From positions 1 through 33,885 of the forward strand of contig JALDZS010000232.1 in the NCBI GenBank assembly GCA_022813965.1: a stretch of 33,885 bases of DNA, read 5' to 3'. The notes below the pieces were generated by a model. It worked only from the letters and a program-made list of their open reading frames with translations, made no database searches and was not told the DNA's origin. The position numbers and the translations under genes are program-made. This document shows, piece by piece, positions 25,979-33,885 of this stretch (positions are counted from its first letter, which is position 1; each line of letters begins with the position of its first letter). This stretch comes from Toensbergia leucococca (Eukaryota).

Positions 25979-26435
25979 GGTGAGATCGAGTCACGAAATC
26001 TGCGGTAGATCTACCTTTGCTTGGCAAGGGTTTGCGGCTTTGATAGTCTAGGATCTGCTAGACTAGAATAAGGCTAGTGGCATCTGTCTACTTGATCCTC
26101 ACAGTGACCCCTCGGACGAATCAACTGCTTTCTGTCTAAATCATCTATGTCATAATTCTAGAATCTAGACCATTACGGTAGTATTGACTGAGGCAATATG
26201 ATTGTGCTTCAAGGAGCTGGAAGCTGGACTGATGCGCTAGTGACATGTGCTCTCAAGATCGATGATGTCTTCTCAACATTACTCGTATATTTGTTATAAA
26301 GACGCCACACGTTCTGGTTACTTTCTTTTAGATCTCTATCCATCAGCAGAAACTCCTGTTCAGCTCTGTTTTCAATCTCTATTTCTTCCTCATCTTGTTG
26401 CATTTGATCTATCAAATTACACATCTACCGTCAAA

Positions 26436-27048
26436 ATGTCAGCCACAATCTCCGAAGCTATTGGAGAGGATCACTCTCGGCTAGATAAATATTACGAGAA
26501 CCTCAAGAGTTCTACCGATCTGCAATCGAAGATCGAATGGAGAAACCAGCTCACATGGGCTTTAGCTCGTCATGCCATCAGCGAAGAGTTGACCTGGTAT
26601 CCTGCAATGGAAAAGCACATGGGCCAAGAGGGTATTGATATGATTAACGTCGACAGAGAACAGCATATGGCTGTACGTATCTATTTCGTAGTCAAGCGAT
26701 TTTTTCGCTGACACACCATAGGTCAAGGTGGATCTTTATAACCTTCAAAGCCTCTCCCCAGATGATAGCGAGTTTGATAGTCTTCTAGAGCGACTCATGG
26801 CGGACCTTCATCACCATATCGAGCACGAGAAATATGAGGATTTACCTAAGCTTGAGAAAATACTATCTCGGGAGGAGAGTGTGGCGTTGGCAAAGAGCTT
26901 TGAAAGGACAAAGATGATCACGCCGACTAGAAGCCATCCCAGCGCACCCGATAAGCCATACTTTGAGAATTTTGTGGTGATGCTAGCAGCGCCCATCGAT
27001 AAGTTTTCAGATTTGCTTAGGTCTTTCCCTGACGCGAGCAAGTTATAA
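26436..27048 (+). CDS. Hemerythrin/HHE cation-binding domain protein
   Basis: Exons 26436-26672 and 26722-27048. Metal-ligand pattern DH..WALARHAISEELTWYP..EQH..DLHHHIEHEKYEDLP, followed by the PTRSHPSAPDKP tail typical of fungal/actinobacterial HHE proteins. Confidence 0.9.
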
Positions 27049-27286
27049 TGTATTCAATGGCAAACAATTCATCCTCTCCTGTGCATATATCTTTTGTATT
27101 GGCTTTGTGTATTTCTATCATAACCAGAAAAGAAAAGCGGTGTTGGGATTAAGACGTTCCCCATTTAGGGCACGTTTCGTGACTTGCTCTTGCCGAGGAA
27201 GCTTTTAAATGACCTACTCAATTCAATTTGAAGCTTAACCTAAGCTCTTTACTCTGCTTCAACATCTGCCGTACTGTATTAAAGTG

Positions 27287-28782
27287 ATGGATTTCTCTTT
27301 ACATTGCAATTCTCTGAAATGTCGTGCACAGCTTACGGAGAGGGCGGTAGTCACTACCTGCAGGTATAGATTCTAACAACGTCGTTAGATATTCCTCTAA
27401 CTTGTACTAACATAAATTGGATAGTCACATATTTTGCATAGATTGTTCAGAAGTATTAGGATTGGCTAGTTCAGCCAGTACCAACAGGCTTTGTCCAGCT
27501 TGCCAAACCAGCCTATCGAACCCTGACGATGCCGTGTCAACGCGATTGAACCCGACAGAGGACTACAAAACAAGTGTGCTCAGCGGGCTGAACCCTAGCA
27601 CCATTATGGAATGTGCTGGGCGAGGCTTGGCTTTTTGGAGTTACCAATCCACTCAGGAAATGTATACTATTTATATTCTTGGATTACATCTTTATGCTGA
27701 TCATCTACAGTGTCTACCAGGAGTATCTTGCCAAGACTTGGGCAGACAAATACAATACTTTGAGCGTACAAATGGATAAGATCATCAATGATGCCAACTC
27801 TGAGATCGACATGCTCAATCAAAAGCTTTCTGGTCAGTCATAGCCCATTTACCAAACACCGGCAGGTCCATCTAACGCGGAAATCAGTCATTCAAGTGGA
27901 CCAAGACAAGCTCAAAAATGATAACACAAATCTTGTGGCAGCGTTTCGAGAGAAGAGTCGCAAGCACCAGCAAACGCAAGAGCTCTACGATAGACTGAAG
28001 CGGAAGGAAATGACCGCTGCAACACAATCTGCTGCTTTCGATTCAGTAGACGAAGTACTCGGATCCGTTGCTTCGAGCCGGCAAGGTAATCTCGGGACTA
28101 GTCACTACCCTCATAATCATGCTTATCAAAGCGACTCGAGAGCTCAAGGTCAACGTGACTTTCCCCAATTTCCTCTCGATCATAATGGCGTAGAGCAGTT
28201 ACACACTCACCAAAGGAGCGGAAACAATGGCAGTGGAGGCAGTGGAGGAATGATGGCACCACCTCCACCTCGTCGGGCAGCAGGCTTTGTCAATGCAGCC
28301 TTTGGATCTCGTACGTTCACTATCGCAAGTTGGATAACATATCTAATATGTTGTTTTTTAGTAATAAACGACACAGGAACGCCTTCGCATCATCGTACTA
28401 GACTTGGACAGACGACGACACAACCAGGAAATCGAGCAGAGCCCCGGAATCAAAACATAAGTTTGGTTGGAAGCTTGCAGAGCCAAACGCCTTCTCAACG
28501 ACAGCCACTTGGTAGCGTCAATACTAATAGCGTAAATAGATCTGGCGTTAGTGGATATGGCATGAGCGCGGGTATGAAGGTTGGGAGGCAGCAGGGTATG
28601 GGCATTTCTTAGAATTCATACACTTTGAAAGCTCGCATCACACTACTAACGTCATGACAGCTTTGCGCCCAGAAAGTTTCAGCCACCCAGGTCAAGGTGC
28701 CGGGCGTAGTCGTAACTTTACTCAAGGGGTTCTGCAACCGCAGCAGATCTTTCAAAATGGTGCTTCGTACTATTTGCCGTGA
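27287..28782 (+). CDS. HEI10: HEI10/CCNB1IP1 meiotic RING E3 ligase
   Basis: Exons 27287-27363, 27425-27661, 27711-27832, 27888-28595 (probably interrupted by intron 28311-28361) and 28661-28782. Protein MDFSLHCNSLKCRAQLTERAVVTTCSHIFCIDC..CPAC..LNPTEDYKTSVLSGLNP..CAGRGLAFWSYQ, then a coiled coil (EKSRKHQQTQELYDRLK) and a disordered tail. Confidence 0.93.
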
Positions 28783-29029
28783 TCATGACAGGCTGTCGTA
28801 CTGCTCTCAAAGGATGTATCGCGACATCATGGCTCTTTGTTCCTCCAACCCAATTACTCTCTTATGTATCAAAGTCGATCGTCATGTTACTGAACATTAC
28901 CACTACACTATCCATACCTTTGAGTTTGTAAGCTTTAGCATTATGGAAGATGTGGTCACGCATAATCACTTTCGTTTTGTTGTGTTTTATTGCACAACGT
29001 ACTGCTGTGCTGTTTCCAGATACTGTACC

Positions 29030-29530
29030 TCTTCACTCACCCTATTTTCCTCAGACGCATCTCTGCTGAATTCTCTTCGCAGGCGAGAGCTTCGCGCCCA
29101 CGACCCGCTCCCGCTTCAATGAACATAGCGTATGCGAAGATTGCGCTCATTCAAACGCCAGAATACGCGAGATGGATGAAGAAGAGCGACTGGAGCAAGT
29201 GCGAACCAATTACTGCAGGATCTGCAGCAACGCCCACCGCGCAGCATGGGCTGAACTCATCTATTTAAAACCTTTTCTCGCATGCAGTTGAAAGGACGAT
29301 ATCGATCGTGGTTTTAAAAGCTTCCAATACGGTTTCATAGAATCGAGAAGGACAGCGGCTTGAGAAGTGGCTAAGCGTAAAGAGCTTCTGCACACGCATC
29401 GGGGTATCAGCAGTGCTACTATGGAGTACCAGGTAGCTATCGCCCGGAAGGCCAGAGTGGGACCTGCGTGTCCCGGGTGTGGTAGAGACGCTTTTAGTAG
29501 GAAACCGAACCCGGCAATGAAGTGCTTAAG
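29030..29530 (-). pseudogene. Possible decayed fragment of an MFS transporter (TNA1/allantoate-permease-like C-terminal half)
   Basis: Minus-strand pieces FIAGFGFLLKASLPHPGHAGPTLAFRAIATWYSIVALLIP and AVGVAADPAVIGSHLLQSLFFIHLAYSGV*MSAIFAYAMF..LRKIG*, with an internal stop. Resemblance is by eye only. Confidence 0.3.
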
Positions 29531-30122
29531 CTATGGCTATCTCATTATCATGACAACCGATGATAGTGATGACGATGACGACGAATGATCAACATAGGAG
29601 AGCCAATCTGCTCCTGTTGGGGCTGTGCTCGGGACCCTGCAATAGGGACTTCACTCGTACTGCCGTGTATAATGACATTTCTGCCAGTCAACCCTGTTTG
29701 CAGCTGGAAGGCTGCTCCTCTCTTTAGGTGTGGTCGTCCATCGTGGAAGAAGGCTAGATGGAAGAAGAAATGTCCCTTAATACAAAGAATCTACAGAAAT
29801 AAAAAAAATAAATCAGAAAATCGCACTTGACCCCCGAAAGACCTACGCCATCAACCCCTTTTTGAAATCACACCATACCCTCCCCCATATACAACCCAGC
29901 TCACCTCCTTCCGACGGCCTACAAACTTTCTCGGAATTATCGCTCAACGTGCACTACTCTACTCCACCGCATTACTCCACCATATCCCCCTGGTGCCCTC
30001 TCCAATCAAGAAAAAATCCTAATAATTGTTCAAAGCATGCTTCAAATCTCACATATCCAAAACATCTGGCTCATCAAACCTCCAAAAAGCAGATTACCCT
30101 CTCGCTCTCAAGTCCTTTTCAC

Positions 30123-30710
30123 TTAAAACTCTTCTGTTCTCATTTGAGGTGGATTTCTAATCAAATGGCGTGAGAAATCACTCTTCTTGGCGGTAGTTCG
30201 AAATGTATTCTTTCCAGGTGGCGCGGACGCTTTTTGTCGTTCGGATTCTAGGTATTGTACTGGTAGTCTCAAGTTCGCTCTGTACTTCGTTCTCACTTCC
30301 ACGGGTTCTGGTGCTACTGGCTGTTGTAAATCTAAGTCCGCTGCGTGATCCGGTCCTCCTTCAACGGGGTTTGCTGCTATGGCCCCGTAGCGGCGTCTTG
30401 GGGGTTCTTTCGCTGATAGAGAATCTTGTGCTTCTTCTATTACTCGCGGGCGGTAGCTTCGGGGGGGTTTCTCAAATCGGTACTGCTGTGTGTCTTCAAC
30501 TTTTTCTCGTTCGTACGATAATAGACTACCCATAACACGCCGTCGCCGGCTAATGAAGCTAATGACCCGTAGCTTCAGGCAATCGGGACATTCCATCTCG
30601 GGAAAATCAGTCCTCAGTCCGTTGATATGTCTTGGATAGTGTGGATCTTGACATTCTTCGTGGTGAGGCGAGTCGCCACAGCTGTAGATATTTTGTATTT
30701 CGAGGCACAT
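30123..30710 (-). CDS. Uncharacterised small protein with N-terminal MC-x6-Y-x-C...CxxC motif
   Basis: 195-aa intronless ORF MCLEIQNIYSCGDSPHHEECQDPHYPRH..MECPDC. TATA-like TATATATA at about 30835-30842 upstream on this strand. N-terminus resembles the two neighbouring genes. Confidence 0.6.
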   Translation of the reverse strand: MCLEIQNIYSCGDSPHHEECQDPHYPRHINGLRTDFPEMECPDCLKLRVISFISRRRRVMGSLLSYEREKVEDTQQYRFEKPPRSYRPRVIEEAQDSLSAKEPPRRRYGAIAANPVEGGPDHAADLDLQQPVAPEPVEVRTKYRANLRLPVQYLESERQKASAPPGKNTFRTTAKKSDFSRHLIRNPPQMRTEEF

Positions 30711-31102
30711 CTGTGATTTTTCGAAAGTAGGGAGAATAGAGAAATTTTTTTTTTGTTATTCTGGTAATGTTCTTCTGTCTAGATTGTATTTCTGCGAACC
30801 TTGGTATGAGGAAAAGCTCAGGATTATCAAAGACTATATATAGGGACCTGATGCAGCGGAAAATGGGCATGTGCTGCGCGGAGGGATAGTGAATTGAGAG
30901 AAGGAACAAACCGCTGGAGTGAACGCCGAGCATGAAGGTCTTCACAAGTACTCTTCCCTTTTCAATTCTTCTTTCATTCCTCTCTCCTATTCATACGCCC
31001 AATCACCCTTGCAAGCATGCATTCATATCAAGCCTTCGCAACAATAGTCAGCAGGATAGTATACCTTCACACTGATTTCGGCATAGGGGTCACATCGAGG
31101 CC

Positions 31103-31110
31103 TATATAAA
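31103..31110 (+). promoter_or_regulatory. TATA box of duplicate copy 1
   Basis: TATATAAA within a block conserved between both duplicates, upstream of ATG 31354. Confidence 0.65.
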
Positions 31111-31353
31111 GGCAGCTCTCCCTGGACCAATTCTGCATTAAACAAAACAAAAAAACATACCTCCACAAAAGCCGGCAATTGAGAACGAAGAAACCCGATC
31201 GAGAAGAACCACAACATACGAAACCAACGAGAACGACAACGATTACGTTAGAAGGAAAGAAGAAATTTCCAAGTAGCAATACACGACAGCGACATCCGAC
31301 TATCACCGTCAAATAATATCAGAAGCATCGACAAACCCCTTGTTCAGAGCGAC

Positions 31354-31680
31354 ATGTGCCTCATCGGCAAATGGACCTATTCCTGCCACAATCACACCAT
31401 CGAAAGAATATTTCGCTGTAGTAAAGCCTGTTTAGAATTACGAGTCTTCGAAATGAACCAAGATATAAAGTGCAGGGTATGTAAGAGTTTTGAATCGATG
31501 GGAAAGGAGTACGAGGAGAACATGGCACGGAAACCAAAGGAGAGGCAGACGACAGAGACGTTGAAATTCTTCGAGGAGGCGAAAGAAACGGGGGTCGAGG
31601 AGTCGAGGAAGGCTATGATTAAATGCATGGAGGAGAAGGATATTAAGAACTTCGAAAAGGAGGCTGGAATTCTGAGTTAG
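31354..31680 (+). CDS. Uncharacterised small protein with N-terminal MC-x6-Y-x-C-x2-H...C-x3-C...CxxC motif (duplicate copy 1)
   Basis: 108-aa ORF MCLIGKWTYSCHNHTIERIFRCSKACLE..IKCRVCK followed by a charged helical tail. TATATAAA lies 250 nt upstream, with an A/C-rich leader. Paralog at 32444. Confidence 0.7.
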   Translation: MCLIGKWTYSCHNHTIERIFRCSKACLELRVFEMNQDIKCRVCKSFESMGKEYEENMARKPKERQTTETLKFFEEAKETGVEESRKAMIKCMEEKDIKNFEKEAGILS

Positions 31681-32208
31681 TGAGTGCGTGAAGGCGTGAA
31701 GGCGTTGTTAGTCACTTTCAATATAGACAGTACTTTGAAATGTTTTTCTATTATCATTTTATGCGGACGGAAATCTCGAAGACGTTGCAGAAGAGCGTGG
31801 TTGTTTGGGCTAGGGGAAGGAGACTCATGTTTGGTAGAAGGAGGTCGATAGATTAGATTTGGATAAATTTTTCTCCCTGCCCGCCTGCTGTGATAGGGGT
31901 AACGCTTCTTGAAGGCCGACGATGATGATCCCTGGGTAGTTGCATGCATGCACTGTTTTAACTTTTACACTGTAGCCAATTACACCTTTTTAAAAGACTT
32001 TGAATAAGTGAAAGTGAGAAAGTTGCATTGAATAGATTGATGGAAGCCATGAAAAGTGATTGCTATGACTGAACAGGGCAGTAATGAATGATAAGAAACA
32101 AGGAAAAGCTAGTGAAGGTGAACGCACCCTTCAGCCAAATGTAATGTAATGATGATGAAGGGTAGTACACCTTCACATGGATTTCGGCATAGGGGTAGAG
32201 TGGAGGCC

Positions 32209-32216
32209 TATATAAA
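32209..32216 (+). promoter_or_regulatory. TATA box of duplicate copy 2
   Basis: TATATAAA in an identical context (gaggcctatataaaggcagctct), upstream of ATG 32444. Confidence 0.65.
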
Positions 32217-32443
32217 GGCAGCTCTTCCTGGACCAATTCTCCGTTAAACAGAAAAAACATAGTTCCATAAAAGCCGGCAACCAAGGACGAAGAAAACCAA
32301 TTGAAACAATTTTAAGTTATAAACCAACGACAACGACACAGAGAATAAGAAACCTTTAGGTTGCAAAAACGAACATCGACATCAACATCCCACATCACCA
32401 CCGTCAAAACCACAAAAGGCGTCGACATCCCCTTTTCCGAACG

Positions 32444-32812
32444 ATGTGCCTCGTCATCGAGCGGAAGTTCCGCAGTCTCAACCGCAGCTTCCAAAAAAAA
32501 TTCAGATGTGGTATCGCCTGCCAAGTACTCTACGTCGTCATCATTACAATAGTTGCAGAGATTGGCGCATGGGGGGAGTTTGAGATGCTGAAACGGGGGC
32601 ACGAGAAGCTCAAGATGCTGATTTCAGAAGAGGTGTGGAAGACAGCGAGCGCGGAGATGGCAGAGTGGGCGATGGCAAAGGAGGTTGCGGACGCGAAGGA
32701 GGATGTGGTTCGTTGGCTGAAGGAAGCGGATCATTCGGTGTATCGGACGAAGACCGGGAGGCAACAGAGGAATGGTCTGGAGGATGTTTGGTCTGCCTCT
32801 GCGAGGTGGTGA
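32444..32812 (+). CDS. Uncharacterised small protein, diverged paralog of 31354-31680 (duplicate copy 2)
   Basis: 122-aa ORF MCLVIERKFRSLNRSFQKKFRCGIACQVLYV.. aligns without gaps to copy 1 over the first 31 codons and has the same promoter block upstream. Confidence 0.62.
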   Translation: MCLVIERKFRSLNRSFQKKFRCGIACQVLYVVIITIVAEIGAWGEFEMLKRGHEKLKMLISEEVWKTASAEMAEWAMAKEVADAKEDVVRWLKEADHSVYRTKTGRQQRNGLEDVWSASARW

Positions 32813-33517
32813 GAGAGCCCTTGGAGATTGGCGATTGGAATTCTGATCAATGATGTGCGTGCGTGCGTTGCTATTTCAACTTTCAATATATAGTACTTCA
32901 ATTTGTGCTTCTGTTATCAATTTGTTCGGAGGGAAACCTCGAGGACGTGGAAGGAGGAAAATGTTTTTTGGATAGGGAAAGGGGGAGTACTGTTGCTTTG
33001 ATGGAAGGGACGGGGAAGGTCGATAAATTAGGTTTCGGTAGATTTTTCTGTCTTCTGCCAAGGGGGAGGCGGTCTTTGGAGGTTGACGATGATAATCCTT
33101 CGAAAGTTTTAGGCATACTTCCTGTTCAACTAATTTTAACGTAATTAGTACTTGCACCGTATTCTGCCTGCCTCTCATCCCCTCTTCCCCCCTATGCAAC
33201 CCCTTCCCGGGTAGTAGAGACTTACGTCTCCCGATCCCCACAGCCAGATCAGCTACTTCCAAATTAAAACTTATCCTAATCAGTCAATGAGCCATTCTAC
33301 TTGAATGGGACCTCTCTAAAAGGGTGCTGCTTGGGTAGTAGGTCAGGGGATTCAACTGTTTGAAGGAGTTTGGATAAGTAAAAGTGAGGAAGGTGCATTG
33401 GATAGGCTGGTGAAAGCCATGGAGAGTGATTGCTAGGACTAAAAAGGGTGGTACCGAAAGATGAGAAACAGGAAAAAGCTAGTGAAAGAGAAGGCGCCCT
33501 TCAGCCAAATGTAATGT

Positions 33518-33550
33518 GATGATGATGATGACGATCGAGGGATGATGATG
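33518..33550 (+). repeat. Imperfect (GAT)n microsatellite at the right boundary of the duplication
   Basis: gatgatgatgatgacgatcgagggatgatgatg. Shorter GAT runs occur at about 32149-32158, 33704-33717 and 29561-29585. Confidence 0.6.
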
Positions 33551-33885
33551 GCGATTTATGTAAATCGACGCGTGTCGCGTAGATTTCTAAATTGAAGTTA
33601 TTCGCGTAACTAGGCGCATGCTCTATTAATATTCTAATCATCATAACGCAATGCGCAATGCAACAGCTCGATGATGGCAGGACGAAAAGTAATACAAGAC
33701 TCGGATGATGATGATGAAGCCGGTGATAGTGCTTTGTCACCGTCGAGAGTACTCTTGCCGCTGAGCCTAAGCACTGTCATTGATCTGCAGTCCTCCTCAC
33801 CAGTCAACGTCATCGGCCAATCTGCAGACCAAGGTACTGCATCTGCCAGTAATGACACGATCCTCCTCATTGACAGCACAAAAGC

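Larger units (their letters stand above)
31054..33530 (+). repeat. Direct tandem duplication: unit 1 about 31054-32159, unit 2 about 32160-33530
   Basis: Shared blocks: ccttcaca..gatttcggcataggggt..gaggcctatataaaggcagctct.cctggaccaattct (TATA at 31103 and 32209); actttcaatata..agtactt after each stop codon; ataagt.aaagtgag..gcattg.atag..aagccatg..agtgattgcta..aaaagctagtgaa..cccttcagccaaatgtaatgt.atgatgatga (about 32000-32160 and 33370-33530). Confidence 0.92.

Noticed and set aside
31023..33262. Similar pairs of short minus-strand ORFs (31023-31217 vs 32063-32284; 31677-31949 vs 32876-33262)
   Set aside because: Their similarity follows from the DNA duplication. They overlap the TATA/leader or 3' regions of the plus-strand genes, and their starts and lengths are not conserved.
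31990..33530. RIP-like mutation between the duplicate units
   Set aside because: Differences are rich in A/G transitions but run in both directions, with no consistent CpA/TpG context or AT enrichment visible by eye.
1..33885. CRISPR arrays, tRNA/rRNA genes, intact transposons, prokaryotic defence systems or secondary-metabolite core genes
   Set aside because: None seen: no spaced direct-repeat arrays, LTR/TIR pairs, transposase/RT motifs or PKS/NRPS domains; the DNA is intron-containing fungal sequence.

Overview
Eukaryotic, intron-rich genomic DNA from a filamentous ascomycete (Pezizomycotina-type GT/AG introns of mostly 45-100 nt with CTRAY branch sites; a finer taxon cannot be fixed from sequence alone). 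Positions 1-28.8 kb are gene-dense and mostly conserved: a WDR48/Duf1-like WD40 protein (runs off the left edge), an Npr1/Hal-family kinase, mitochondrial uL11 (MRPL19), SVF1, an HNM1-like choline/amino-acid permease, a large Ser/Thr-rich repeat surface protein, a membrane-anchored pepsin-fold protein lacking its first catalytic Asp, a HAD hydrolase, a TTC1-like TPR protein, XAP5/FAM50, a hemerythrin-domain protein and the meiotic RING ligase HEI10. Beyond about 29 kb the window looks accessory: a probable transporter relic, then three small intronless genes that all begin 'MCL' with a Cys-patterned N-terminus. Two of them lie in a direct tandem duplication (about 1.1 and 1.37 kb units) whose promoter DNA is far better conserved than the coding DNA; this is the most interesting feature seen. 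No rRNA, tRNA, CRISPR array or intact transposon was recognised. Exon boundaries were derived by hand and no database searches were run.
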